A DNA stretch of 64,000 nucleotides, taken from positions 15,959 through 79,958 of IMG/VR virus record IMGVR_UViG_3300025168_000054; one strand, given 5' to 3'. The DNA is from a virus. Position numbers and translations under genes: made by a program. Every line of letters starts with the position of its first letter. Positions within the stretch are counted from its first letter, which is position 1. This document shows, in pieces, positions 1 through 10,123 of the stretch. The notes below the pieces were generated by a model. That model had not been told where the DNA came from, ran no database searches, and saw nothing but the letters and a program-made list of their open reading frames with translations.

Positions 1-30
1 GAAAGCACTTACCCCACGACGTCTGAGCCG

Positions 31-723
31 TTGCGATTCGGTAAGAGCGGTATCAAGCTGCGACTGTACGTCCGTCGGCTGGCTACTTACGACCAGTTTG
101 GACCAACGGACACGTTTCTTGAGAACCGAACTGCGACATCGAGCTTTGATTATTTCAATGTCATTCAATCCGATAATCGTCTGAATCGCGTAGAAGCTGA
201 TGAAAAGTTCTACCTGTTAGCGGAGTTGGACCCGCTGGAGCGGAACACGCTTCTGAATCGCTTGACCGCCGGCTCAGTGAATCAAGTCAGCACTTTCGTG
301 TGGCAAGGCCGGTACCAGAACGAGCGTAACGGAGTCGATAACGCCGACATCGCCATCGTGCCTGACCCGACGCGCCAGCTGGTCAAGACAACAGGCTACT
401 ACGCCTACCACATTTGGCCGATGCCGGACCAGGACTACGATATCGACGCCCAGGTCTTGATGCAGCCGAAGGAGCTGGTCAACGACCAGGACCAGGTGCC
501 GATTAAGCAGGAGGCGTTCAGCGCCTTCATGGAGCTCGCGCTGGCCTACATGAGTCGGTTGGACGGCGTAGACCAAAACAGCGAGATGAAGCACCGCGCG
601 TTGTATCGCCAACTGGTGCGACGTTTTAGGTCGCAGCACGGCGACAACAACGGAATCGTTGAGAACCGCGCGTGGGGGGACATCGGCCCGCGCTTCCGGT
701 ATGGCACGTTCAGCGAGGGCTGA
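31..723 (+). CDS. Head-tail adaptor / tail tubular protein A-like (probably 5'-truncated by the window)
   Basis: IWPMPDQDYDI motif followed by a helical C-terminus, typical of podovirus adaptors; lies upstream of a nozzle-like gene. Confidence 0.6.
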   Translation: MRFGKSGIKLRLYVRRLATYDQFGPTDTFLENRTATSSFDYFNVIQSDNRLNRVEADEKFYLLAELDPLERNTLLNRLTAGSVNQVSTFVWQGRYQNERNGVDNADIAIVPDPTRQLVKTTGYYAYHIWPMPDQDYDIDAQVLMQPKELVNDQDQVPIKQEAFSAFMELALAYMSRLDGVDQNSEMKHRALYRQLVRRFRSQHGDNNGIVENRAWGDIGPRFRYGTFSEG

Positions 724-726
724 TGC

Positions 727-736
727 GTGATATACT
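727..736 (+). promoter_or_regulatory. Extended -10 promoter-like motif GTGATATACT
   Basis: One of seven GTGnTAnnnT motifs located shortly upstream of start codons. Confidence 0.5.
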
Positions 737-763
737 TCCTCGTCCACTGTAAGGAGCAACAAC

Positions 764-1249
764 ATGGCAACTGCACCACCTCCGGGCCCACCGCCCAAGA
801 TCGGCGACGTCTTCTGTCGTGACGACGAGCACATGGGACGCTACGAGGCTTCCATCGTGTGGCGGAATGTACGAGACGGCGGCCACTGGGAAGCGATGCT
901 CGTAACCAACGAGAACTTCTTCCCGCTGTCCTCGGCTCGTTTTACGCAGGCGGTTCATCACACGAACTGGCGGCCCGCAACGTGGCGCTGGAGCGACGAG
1001 GCATTCTTGTTCGCCCCGGCAAACCTCCGATGGGACGCCGCCTCGAACGCTTGGGTTGAAATCAAGGGACCTGTGCCCGAAGAGGCTGCGTCGGCGATTC
1101 CTCCGAAGACGATGATTCCGGCTCCGAAAGACCGGGAGCATCATGCTACATGGCGGTCACGTTGTCGCCGTAAGTTCCCGGCTCTTGACTCCGACGAAGG
1201 GCTCGCCCTGCTCGGTGAGGTCTGGAACGAGTACAAGACGAAGGGGTAA
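764..1249 (+). CDS. Hypothetical Trp-rich protein
   Basis: 161-aa ORF with strong RBS AAGGAG. Confidence 0.8.
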   Translation: MATAPPPGPPPKIGDVFCRDDEHMGRYEASIVWRNVRDGGHWEAMLVTNENFFPLSSARFTQAVHHTNWRPATWRWSDEAFLFAPANLRWDAASNAWVEIKGPVPEEAASAIPPKTMIPAPKDREHHATWRSRCRRKFPALDSDEGLALLGEVWNEYKTKG

Positions 1250-1252
1250 GGA

Positions 1253-3463
1253 ATGGCTGGACCTGGTCAGCGCGCTGTCTCGCAGGTCCGCATTCAGAGC
1301 GGACAGGCACAGGTCCAGTACGCCCCGACGAACCTTGCGTACAAGATCAAGAACCTCGAGTTGACCCCGGAGGGAACCCTCCGGGCGATTCGGGGCTCTT
1401 GCCCGTACGAGCCTGACCGTGGGGGTGACCAGTACGGGGCCTTTACGGGTAACCTCGCCAATGGTTTCGACCTCTTCTCTCGCGTCTTGTTTCCCGAAGA
1501 TGTGATCACTATCTACGGCGTCTTTCACGCAGGGTTGCTGCGGGGAAAAGCGCCGACCCTCTTGGTGAGAGCGGGAGATCGCCTCTACATTCATGCGGGT
1601 TGGCGGCGATCATGGAAAGAGATCTATCGCGGACTGACGGATGACGGCCGCGCAGGTCATCCCGACATGTTCACCGTGGTCAACGACACGATTGTCTGGA
1701 CCAACGGCATCGACCCGCCCCTGGTCATTTCCCACAACGGCATGGTTGTGCCTCTGGGATTTGATAAAGCTCCGGGTGTCCCTGAAGCCATGGGGCCACT
1801 TCAGCCAGGCGACATCACTAAGGACTACCCGAACCAGGACGGCTACACGTGGCCAGGCCGCATCGGCACTATCGGCGATTACGTTGACAACAACGACGGA
1901 GCCGTGCTTGCTGGTCGTTGGAAGTACGCCACCGCTTACGAGGATGTCCACGGAAACATCTCACCGCTATCAGGCGAGAGCGTCGAGATCGCGGTTGCCC
2001 TGCAGCGGGCGAACGCGTTTATCGAAGAAGAGCTCATTCGTGACGCGGGAGATAACTACACTATTGGCGCGGTCAGAAAGGTTGACCAAAGCACCAAGAT
2101 CGACGACCTGCCTCGGCAGTTTGTGGTCAAGGGGTCGGGAGATGCGCCCCCGCACGCGGTAGCTACGCGGCTGTACCGCACGCCCGACGGCAACCGCTTT
2201 CCTGGCACCTACCGGCTGGTGACCCGCATGGCGGGCACGCGGAACTTTGTTTACGCCGACAACGTGCCTGACAGCCGCTTGGGTGAGCCCGCCAAGGACT
2301 ACCTGCCAGTTCCGCGCTTCGGGGTCATGACGTCTCATGCGGGCGCGCTGGTGATTGCTGAAGGACCGTATGTCATGCGCAGTGACGTCGGATACCCCGG
2401 CACCTTCCCCTCGGAGTTCGCTACGACGCCTGACCCTGACGGAGCCGTCGTTACGGCGCTGGCCAGTCATCAAGGTAGGCTCCTTGCCTTCACAGAGCGG
2501 TCGGTGGTTGACATCACCGAACCGGGGGCGCCCCCGGTTGTGATGGCCCGCGGCATCGGTTGTGTGGCGCCTCGATCGCTTCAAGGTCTTCCTGACGGAA
2601 CGCTCATCTGGCTGAGCCGAGATGCTTTTTACGGCTGGAATCCTGGTAGCGGGATGGTCAAGCTGAGTGACCCGATCCACCGGCTGGTGAAGACGGAGCT
2701 TGCTACGGGGTCACTGCGCAACGCGGTGTCCATTATTGAGCCGGAGAGCCGTGACTACCGTTGCGCTGTGGCTCGGGCGGGTTCGTTCGACAATGAGCTC
2801 ATCCTGGCGTTTGACGGACAGGGTTGGCGCGAGATTGACCTTGGGTACAAGATCAAGGACATGTGCGTCACTGATGACCCCAGATACCTGGTGTTGTTCG
2901 CCGGAGGAAGACGAACCCTCGTCGGCACCACGTCATCCGACACAGTCCTGGGGCAAGAAGCGCCTTCCTTCGGTAGCGGCACCACAGCGCCAACTGTCCT
3001 GGCTTACGATGTTTACGTCATGAGCCATGAGACTACCGCAGGCACGGGTCCAGGGCTGACCTACGAGTTTCAGAGTGCGTGGCTTCGTGGCGACGACAAC
3101 GCGCTGCAGCCGATCCACGTACACAACCTGTACATCGGCATGATCGACGAGGTCAATGAGACCATCGACGTTGAAATCTTCTCCAACGGGTCGTTTGCTC
3201 CTGACGCGGACAGTCCCCGCAAGCTCAAGACTGTGGGGGTTGAGGTCAAAGACCTGCTTGGTGAGCTCGAGCTCGGCAAAGGAAAGACCCACTCGCGGCG
3301 ACTGTTCTGGCGCAGGCTGCCTGTCGGCCTCCAGAGCGTGAACACGTGGGCGTTTAAGCTCAAGTCGAAGACGCCGTTTCACATCGCGTCGTTCGCTTTC
3401 CAGACGTCGTTTGCGACCATGGGCGACCAGCTCGCCCGCATCCCTCTGGGCGAGGACGAGTAA
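1253..3463 (+). CDS. Tail nozzle / tail tubular protein B (P22 gp10-like beta-propeller)
   Basis: VTALASHQGRLLAFTERS...GIGCVAPRS...LIWLSRDAFYGW signature; 736 aa; position. Confidence 0.75.
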   Translation: MAGPGQRAVSQVRIQSGQAQVQYAPTNLAYKIKNLELTPEGTLRAIRGSCPYEPDRGGDQYGAFTGNLANGFDLFSRVLFPEDVITIYGVFHAGLLRGKAPTLLVRAGDRLYIHAGWRRSWKEIYRGLTDDGRAGHPDMFTVVNDTIVWTNGIDPPLVISHNGMVVPLGFDKAPGVPEAMGPLQPGDITKDYPNQDGYTWPGRIGTIGDYVDNNDGAVLAGRWKYATAYEDVHGNISPLSGESVEIAVALQRANAFIEEELIRDAGDNYTIGAVRKVDQSTKIDDLPRQFVVKGSGDAPPHAVATRLYRTPDGNRFPGTYRLVTRMAGTRNFVYADNVPDSRLGEPAKDYLPVPRFGVMTSHAGALVIAEGPYVMRSDVGYPGTFPSEFATTPDPDGAVVTALASHQGRLLAFTERSVVDITEPGAPPVVMARGIGCVAPRSLQGLPDGTLIWLSRDAFYGWNPGSGMVKLSDPIHRLVKTELATGSLRNAVSIIEPESRDYRCAVARAGSFDNELILAFDGQGWREIDLGYKIKDMCVTDDPRYLVLFAGGRRTLVGTTSSDTVLGQEAPSFGSGTTAPTVLAYDVYVMSHETTAGTGPGLTYEFQSAWLRGDDNALQPIHVHNLYIGMIDEVNETIDVEIFSNGSFAPDADSPRKLKTVGVEVKDLLGELELGKGKTHSRRLFWRRLPVGLQSVNTWAFKLKSKTPFHIASFAFQTSFATMGDQLARIPLGEDE

Positions 3464-5673
3464 TGTCTGGTGACTACCTTTTCCCTAAGCGGAAGTTCAA
3501 GGAAGGCGAGCCGCTTGACAAGGCGGAGATCAACGACGCCTTGCAGGTTTCCGCCGAACGCCTCAACGGACACCTCAACCCTCACAACATTCGAGCGCCT
3601 TTGGCGCAGAGTGTGGCGTCTGCCGCAGAGGCGTTCTTTCGAACTGAAGTTGCTGCTGTCGACGTAGATTCTTTGATGCAACACGCACCTTCCTCTACTC
3701 CAGGCAAGAGTCCGCAACCGAGTGCGTCAGACGCGTTTCTTCTCGAGCAAGAAACCGGGTGGGTTCCTGTAACGGGTAGCGAAGACATGATTGTTGAGAT
3801 GACCACAGGGTCTTCTGCACTCATCGTCACCGCGCAAGCCGCTCACTGCTACGCGGGAAAGTACGACGGCGCTACCACGCGGTATGAAACTGACGTACCC
3901 GTATTCAGCAATCCTCCACTCAAAAATGGCCGGGTACGCCGCAGTATTGTCGCTCAACTTAGGGTGACGATTACGCTGGGGTCGAACGTAAAAACTCAAA
4001 CGCTGTCGGTCAGAGACGCCCGTAACTTCAATAACCACGTTAATCAGAGCAAAGAAATCGCCAGAAGCATTGCTTCAAACAGGGTATTCAACAATCAAGG
4101 ATTTTCGATTTCAGCAAATGGGCGAACTCTAAACTTTAAAGCTAAAGCTCCAGGAGCAAAACCTTCTGTCGCAACGATTCAATACACATCAGAAACTGGA
4201 GATTCCTTTACCCAAACTGTTTCTTTGACGGTCCTTAACGACGGTGCTTCAGCATCAACCAGTGAGGCGCTTGACTCTCTGGACTCTTGTAATCCCGCAA
4301 CGAGCCCCACGGTTGTTCTTTATTACCCTGCGCAGATTCAGTACGCGTTGCGGGTAGACGGCGTGGTCATCACAGAAACCATCACTGGTCGCTTCGACAA
4401 CGAGCAGGCGCCACTGTCCCCGGTGCGTATTCGTTCGCCAAGAGACGAGACCGCACTCGCAGCCGGCACGGACGTCGATAATGGTGTCACCGGCCCAATG
4501 ACCGGCAGGTTTCGTGAACGGCCTGACGCAATCAACATTCCGATGTTTAGCGTACGCCTGACCGCATCGGTCAATGTCGAACCAGGAGACCACGTCGTCG
4601 AGCTGGTTGTTCGCCGTGTGCCTACGGGTAGAAAGCGTTCGTTTACTCCTCCACCCCCGGAGGTCGGTCTTCCTGTGTCGGGTACGACGTACCTGCCCAG
4701 AGCGAGCAGGGTGTTCATCTACTCTCGGCAGCTGTCAGTTACCGACGCGTCGATCGAACCCGTGACTTCGGCGGTGTTCGGCGAACCCTCGGTCGTTGCC
4801 TCTTTTTCGGATGAAGACGTCATCAGTAACGAATCGCTTGTTGTCGACAAGCTGCAGCCGGTGGCTGACTCCACTAACGATGTGGGCTCATTTCAGGTCG
4901 CGCGGGGAGCGATCAACGGCGACCATCTCGGGTCGTTCTCGTCGGTCTTGGCTGTGGCGTCGTCTGAAAATATCTCGACACCTACGATTGATTCAGCGCT
5001 GAATCCTTACGACTACCCGCCAGACTTCAGCGCGCACAGCTTCTCCGCTTCTCTCGACCTCTTTAAAGAGAGCGCTGTAAACTACGCCTTGCTGGATGCG
5101 GCAGTTCTGCAAAACCCCGAAGGGGCCGCCGTGTCACTCGAGGGTTCTGCGGCAAATCCTTTGGAGTGTGTTCTGACGATCGAGGCCAACGTGTTTTTGC
5201 GCCGCCTGGTTCACACCAGCAGGTCTCAAAGCGAGATGCACTTGGCCGGCGCGGTCTTTATCATCGGGCTGTTTGACACGACGCTCGGCGAGTATTGCTT
5301 CTACAGGCCCAGCATCGCATGGGTCAACAGCAACAACTACATCGCGTACCAGGCGAGTAAAGCTTCGACAAACTTGTACAATCTCAGCAACAAGGTCGGT
5401 CTGAACTACCAGTCGCGCTATGGTCTCGGCGGCGTAGTAGCCGATAGGGTCACCTCGGGTGATTTGCCAGGTGACTTTGTCGACGTGCCAGTGACTGCCC
5501 ACATCAACTTCAGCGGGGTTGATAGTGCCGGCAACTCTCGAGCACTCATTAAAACCGTTGACAAGGTTGCGATATTTGGCGCAGCTGTGTGGATGGGGAA
5601 CAGCAGTTCTTCTGGCGATACCAAGTTTGTTCCGTCATCCGTGACGATCAACGCTGTCGCAATGAAGTCGTGA
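3463..5673 (+). CDS. Virion tail protein (beta-rich, fibre/appendage-like)
   Basis: TAATG-coupled to nozzle gene; N-terminal F-x-x-G...E-I-N tail-attachment-like motif; Ser/Thr/Val-rich. Confidence 0.6.
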   Translation: MSGDYLFPKRKFKEGEPLDKAEINDALQVSAERLNGHLNPHNIRAPLAQSVASAAEAFFRTEVAAVDVDSLMQHAPSSTPGKSPQPSASDAFLLEQETGWVPVTGSEDMIVEMTTGSSALIVTAQAAHCYAGKYDGATTRYETDVPVFSNPPLKNGRVRRSIVAQLRVTITLGSNVKTQTLSVRDARNFNNHVNQSKEIARSIASNRVFNNQGFSISANGRTLNFKAKAPGAKPSVATIQYTSETGDSFTQTVSLTVLNDGASASTSEALDSLDSCNPATSPTVVLYYPAQIQYALRVDGVVITETITGRFDNEQAPLSPVRIRSPRDETALAAGTDVDNGVTGPMTGRFRERPDAINIPMFSVRLTASVNVEPGDHVVELVVRRVPTGRKRSFTPPPPEVGLPVSGTTYLPRASRVFIYSRQLSVTDASIEPVTSAVFGEPSVVASFSDEDVISNESLVVDKLQPVADSTNDVGSFQVARGAINGDHLGSFSSVLAVASSENISTPTIDSALNPYDYPPDFSAHSFSASLDLFKESAVNYALLDAAVLQNPEGAAVSLEGSAANPLECVLTIEANVFLRRLVHTSRSQSEMHLAGAVFIIGLFDTTLGEYCFYRPSIAWVNSNNYIAYQASKASTNLYNLSNKVGLNYQSRYGLGGVVADRVTSGDLPGDFVDVPVTAHINFSGVDSAGNSRALIKTVDKVAIFGAAVWMGNSSSSGDTKFVPSSVTINAVAMKS

Positions 5674-5680
5674 GGTTGAC

Positions 5681-6508
5681 ATGGCAATCGTAACGCTACC
5701 GACGACGTTTATTGACGGGTCATCCCTCCCAGTCGAAGACCTCAACAAGTCGCTGTATTCAACGACCCCCGGAGAAGGTCTGTACTCTGAGCCGAACGGC
5801 GGGGTAGAGCTGCGACCCACCGAAAACGGCAGCGCTGACTTCGCGCTAAGTCGTGAGCATCTTCAGCCTGAGCAAGTGGTCAAGACGCGATTTGATGGTT
5901 CATGGCACACGCTCGACAACATGAGCGATGTTAGCGGCCAGACCACTGTGGAAGCCAACAACGGGGTAGTCGCTCGTTCGCAGGCGCTGCCTGGCTGTGG
6001 CTTGCGGGTCTACGTCCCCTTCAACGCTGCGGCTTTGCGGTGGAACATTTCTTTCTTCTTCTACGTGGCGAAGTGGTTCGGGTTGTCTGAGGCAAACGAC
6101 GCGTTTTACTCCGAAGGTGGAAAAATCTTGGTGGCGTTGTTCGTGGACGGAGTTGAACAGCGGTCTTGGCGGCGAGAGTTCCCAATGACCTGGTTCAAGA
6201 GAGCGGTCAAGGACTACACGGTCAGCTCTGCCGACAACAACAACAAAACACCGACCTCAACAGAGGCTGAGCAGGCGTCGTTCATGAACTTGAGCTACCT
6301 GCAGGTCAACGTAGGCCAGGGTTTCCACGAGGCTTATCTGGGGTTCTACGTCAAGCCGACCCAGGCACTCTCAGGAGACATCGCGGTTTTTCGTCGTGAC
6401 ACGGTGCTGAAGTACGACAAGAGCGATTTCCTCATCTCGAAAGACCTCGAGCTCTATCAGCGGCTGGGGATCGGTTGTCGCAATGCCCGCGTCGTCGCAT
6501 TCCGATGA
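5681..6508 (+). CDS. Virion tail protein
   Basis: N-terminal TFIDGSSLPVEDLN resembles the start of the preceding gene; RBS GAGG. Confidence 0.55.
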   Translation: MAIVTLPTTFIDGSSLPVEDLNKSLYSTTPGEGLYSEPNGGVELRPTENGSADFALSREHLQPEQVVKTRFDGSWHTLDNMSDVSGQTTVEANNGVVARSQALPGCGLRVYVPFNAAALRWNISFFFYVAKWFGLSEANDAFYSEGGKILVALFVDGVEQRSWRREFPMTWFKRAVKDYTVSSADNNNKTPTSTEAEQASFMNLSYLQVNVGQGFHEAYLGFYVKPTQALSGDIAVFRRDTVLKYDKSDFLISKDLELYQRLGIGCRNARVVAFR

Positions 6509-6510
6509 CC

Positions 6511-6520
6511 GTGCTAATCT
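6511..6520 (+). promoter_or_regulatory. Extended -10 promoter-like motif GTGCTAATCT
   Basis: Intergenic, 18 nt before ATG 6539. Confidence 0.45.
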
Positions 6521-6538
6521 CATCCTCGGAGGTCTGAC

Positions 6539-7258
6539 ATGGCAGCTCTGGTCATCATGGGCGTCGGCGCGGCGGTTGCTGCGGGCGGTCAGCTTGCGTC
6601 AGGTATTTCTGCCGGCAACGCCGCGAAGAAGCAGGCTCAGGCGCAGAAGCGCGCTGCAGGCCGCTACGCCAAGGCGTTGCGGTCGCAGGCTTCGAAGATG
6701 CAGGGCGGTATGTCTGCTGCGCAGAAGCGGACGCTCAAGACCGACGCGGCGCTCGACCGAGCCGCCCTTGGTCAGCAGGCTCGTGACGAAGCGAAGCGCG
6801 GTGGTCAGAGCCCGTCCGTAGCTCTCGAGGCGGAGCTGGACGCATCGCTGCAGGCGTCAATGGCTGAGCAGCAGAAGATGATTGACCAGATGAGCAACCA
6901 GGAAGCTCAGGCGAAGGCTGCGCAGCGCCAGTCTTTGAGGGGTCAGGCCCTTCAGACCGAGATGCAGGCGCAGGCTATCGACCCCAATGCCATAAAGCAG
7001 GCGACGATGGCTCCGATGTACGGCCAGATCGCAGGCACCGTTGGCGGTTCCGCGGTGAGTCTGGCGTCTCCGACGGCTGCAACGCAGGTTTCAGGAATAG
7101 CCGGGCAGCAGCTCGCGAATCGGAACCAGGACTACTTGGCCGCGATTCAGGCGGCCACGGACTTTGACGACCTTGATCCTTCGATGAAGCTTATGCAGAC
7201 CCGAGTGCAAACACTCATAGACGGCCCCTCGGACCGCTACGACACGCGAAGGCGATAA
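6539..7258 (+). CDS. Internal virion / ejection protein (T7 gp14- or P22 gp7-like)
   Basis: Hydrophobic Gly/Ala N-terminus followed by Ala/Gln coiled coil; first of a small-medium-giant trio. Confidence 0.7.
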   Translation: MAALVIMGVGAAVAAGGQLASGISAGNAAKKQAQAQKRAAGRYAKALRSQASKMQGGMSAAQKRTLKTDAALDRAALGQQARDEAKRGGQSPSVALEAELDASLQASMAEQQKMIDQMSNQEAQAKAAQRQSLRGQALQTEMQAQAIDPNAIKQATMAPMYGQIAGTVGGSAVSLASPTAATQVSGIAGQQLANRNQDYLAAIQAATDFDDLDPSMKLMQTRVQTLIDGPSDRYDTRRR

Positions 7259-7260
7259 TC

Positions 7261-10083
7261 ATGACGTACGCTGACCTGGTTGCTTACATCAGATCCGGTG
7301 TCGCTAACGGAAGTTGGTCGGCGAGCGCGGCGGCAGACGCGCGGGAGTTCTTGACGAAGAACCGCGAAGAAATCCGCCAGAAGCTGGGCGAGTACGAAGA
7401 AAAGAAGGCAGAGGCGAGGGCAAACGGTCTCGAAGACCACGCCAATCTTATCGAAAGTTCCATGGACACGTTCATGGGGCATCTCATTAGGCAGGCATCT
7501 ACGGCCGACGCTACTTCAATCGACGTGTTCAAAGACAGTGTCAAAGCAGCCGACAAAGTCATTGACGACCTGACCTTCAAAACAATCGAGAAGGTGCCCA
7601 GCGCGGTTCAGGTTCTTCTGCGTCAGATCGAGGGTAGCGAGAAGGGCGATATTCACAATCTCTTGGCTGAATCTCGTTTTGCGAACGCAGACATGTTTGA
7701 GCCGACCAGCGCCGGCAATCTTTCGGGGGCGTCAGGAGGACAATACTTGGTGGCCAAGGCACTTCTGGGCAAGGCCGAGCAGGGTAAGCTAGTCGATACG
7801 TTCCAGTCTCCGGGCCTACCGGAAGCGGCCTACAAGAACTACCAGACAAAGTTCGATGACGACGACCCGGAGTTTACTTCGTACTCATGGGCTCAAACCT
7901 ACGTCGATGGCAACGAGGCGCTGCAGGACCAGATTGACGCCGCGGTCGAGTCGATGCTGGACCCTCTCGGCATTCCAGTGGAAGACGCTACGCAGCAGTC
8001 ACTCCTAAGAGATGTGTTCGAGGGAACGGCAGTTCGCGGAGTGCAGCTCGAAGTGGCGAAACGCGACAAGGCAGCCTTTCAGGCACTTGTCGATAAGAAG
8101 GCATCAGGAGGCAAAGTCAACCAGTCTGACGTCGACGCGGCGATCAGAGGCGCTCACAGCCTGTCACTGACGAAGCATGGGATTCTCGGCGATACGGCAG
8201 AGTCTCTGGTTCAGCGTGAGCTGTCGAAGGTGAAGGACCCCACTGGCGGAATGACTGCGGATGAGGCCGTGGTTGCCCGTTTCGGTGAGTCCGTCATGGA
8301 CACGCTCGATTACGATCGCATCGCGCTCCTCGACGGCGTGGACTCCTCGGGTCGTCCGCTCGACAAGTACAGGAGCAAGAAGGACGTGCTCGACAGCACC
8401 CTCGGCAGGGCGTACCTGAAGCAGGTTGACCTCCGAAAGAAGCTGGCCGACAACTCCTCGTTCGCGGAGTACGCGCGGTCTCACGGGCTGAACGTCTTGC
8501 CTGGACAGATGCCGACGCCGGGACAGATGCGTCGATTTGGCCGCGACATCCGTAAAGGGACGCGGCGTCCGGTTCAGCCGTCTGGAGTGATGGCTGAACT
8601 CATCGTGGTCGATCCCGACCGCACGGTGACGCTCGGCGAGGGGGCGGAGGCCCGTCGTGTCTCGTTCACGGTGACTGGCGAAGACAATACCACTCGCTAC
8701 CTCACCAAGGAAGAACTCGAGGAGAAAGGCAACGCGGCTCTCAGCGATGAGAAGACGTACCCGATTCGTGAGATTGACCTCGACAACCCGAACGCACGCG
8801 AACTTCTGTCCGCAGCAGTGCCTGGGCTGAAGCGAGATATGCAGATCATTGACAAGGGCTATCTGAGCAGCAACGACGCTATCGCAGACAGGTTCAAGGG
8901 CTCCAGCGTCTTGGTCGACGTCACTACCGGCAAGGTCGTCCTCATCGGACAGGACCGCAAGGTCATGGAGGTTGTCGATGGGGCTGGCGAGATTGGACAG
9001 CTGAAGACATTCGCCAGCAACCCAGAGTACGCGGCTATCGCCGCAGACAACGATCGGTCTCGTCGAGGAGAAGCCGGCAACGCGCTTAAGTCATTCGACG
9101 AGCGCTTTCAGAAAGGCCTTCGGGTCGACGACGTGGGCATCGCCATCCCTGAGGGCGTGACGATGACCGCGGAGGTCGCTCGTAAGAGGATTACGGGTGA
9201 GATGGGCAGGCGCAAGACTGGTCAGTCGCAGGCCGAGTTCAACATTATTGGCCGGGACGAAGACGGGAACCCCACCTACTCGGTCATCAACGTACGCGAC
9301 ATTTTCGGTGAGCCTAAGGCGCTGCCGTCCGCGGACACCGCTCGGTCTTCTCGTAAGGATCGTCGAACACGCCGTAAGGATGGAGCCCCTGGCAAGCGGG
9401 GGCGTGCGGACTACCGCGAGGAGGCGCTTCCGCCTCTCCAGCGGGCGGTTGCAGCACCGGCTCCTGAGGCTGCTCCAGCGCCTGCTCCGGCTCCTGATGA
9501 TGCTCCAGCACCAAAGGAAGATAAGGCTGCCCCCGCGCCTGCTCCGGCACCAGCGCCTGCTCCGGCACCCGCTCCGGCACCGGCGGCAGAGGTTGCCGCG
9601 CCTGCGGTTGAGGCCTTGGAGGCAGCCTCGGAAAGCGCGCCAACGCCGTTCTCTCCGACGGTCGCTTTCGACGCGAGGCCGGCGCAAGACCTCGGAGAGT
9701 TTGCTGGCGTAACGGGTGACCCGAGCTTCCCCGTAGCCGACCGGCCGAGTTTCGAAGACTTGGCGGGTCCACCTTCATACGGCGCGGCGCTCACGGGGGC
9801 GATAATGGGGATGACTCCAGCCGATCGACAAGTAGTGAGATTTTCCCGCACTGGCAGAGGCAAGGCTCTGAGTCGCGCCATGAACCCGTATGACCCTAAC
9901 GAGTTCAAGCAGGCGGTAGATCAGTCCAACTACAAACGAGCTTTTCAGGCTTATGGGGTAGACCCTGAATCGCTGCCCGAGCCCGAAGACGCAAACGTCG
10001 AGATGGCGCGCATTCTTTCGGGACAACTCGCCGAGGAAGAAGAGGAAGACGAGAAGCCCGCAGGGTCCTCTCCGGCTAGCTGA
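7261..10083 (+). CDS. Internal virion / ejection protein (gp15-position)
   Basis: 940 aa, helical and charged, with a Pro/Ala linker; between the small and giant ejection genes. Confidence 0.6.
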   Translation: MTYADLVAYIRSGVANGSWSASAAADAREFLTKNREEIRQKLGEYEEKKAEARANGLEDHANLIESSMDTFMGHLIRQASTADATSIDVFKDSVKAADKVIDDLTFKTIEKVPSAVQVLLRQIEGSEKGDIHNLLAESRFANADMFEPTSAGNLSGASGGQYLVAKALLGKAEQGKLVDTFQSPGLPEAAYKNYQTKFDDDDPEFTSYSWAQTYVDGNEALQDQIDAAVESMLDPLGIPVEDATQQSLLRDVFEGTAVRGVQLEVAKRDKAAFQALVDKKASGGKVNQSDVDAAIRGAHSLSLTKHGILGDTAESLVQRELSKVKDPTGGMTADEAVVARFGESVMDTLDYDRIALLDGVDSSGRPLDKYRSKKDVLDSTLGRAYLKQVDLRKKLADNSSFAEYARSHGLNVLPGQMPTPGQMRRFGRDIRKGTRRPVQPSGVMAELIVVDPDRTVTLGEGAEARRVSFTVTGEDNTTRYLTKEELEEKGNAALSDEKTYPIREIDLDNPNARELLSAAVPGLKRDMQIIDKGYLSSNDAIADRFKGSSVLVDVTTGKVVLIGQDRKVMEVVDGAGEIGQLKTFASNPEYAAIAADNDRSRRGEAGNALKSFDERFQKGLRVDDVGIAIPEGVTMTAEVARKRITGEMGRRKTGQSQAEFNIIGRDEDGNPTYSVINVRDIFGEPKALPSADTARSSRKDRRTRRKDGAPGKRGRADYREEALPPLQRAVAAPAPEAAPAPAPAPDDAPAPKEDKAAPAPAPAPAPAPAPAPAPAAEVAAPAVEALEAASESAPTPFSPTVAFDARPAQDLGEFAGVTGDPSFPVADRPSFEDLAGPPSYGAALTGAIMGMTPADRQVVRFSRTGRGKALSRAMNPYDPNEFKQAVDQSNYKRAFQAYGVDPESLPEPEDANVEMARILSGQLAEEEEEDEKPAGSSPAS
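9445..9605 (+). repeat. Coding Pro-Ala tandem repeat (GCTCCG/GCACCG units)
   Basis: APAPEAAPAPAPAPDDAPAPKEDKAAPAPAPAPAPAPAPAPAPAA. Confidence 0.9.
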
Positions 10084-10089
10084 GGCCTC

Positions 10090-10122
10090 GTGTTACACTC
10101 ACCCGCAACCCAGGTGAGTGTA
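10090..10122 (+). promoter_or_regulatory. RBS-sequestering hairpin with an embedded extended -10 motif
   Basis: TACACTCACC (10094-10103) pairs perfectly with GGTGAGTGTA (10113-10122); GTGTTACACT at 10090-10099. Confidence 0.65.
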
Positions 10123-10123
10123 G

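Noticed and set aside
3463-6508. Diversity-generating retroelement target
   Set aside because: No reverse transcriptase and no template/variable repeat pair in the window
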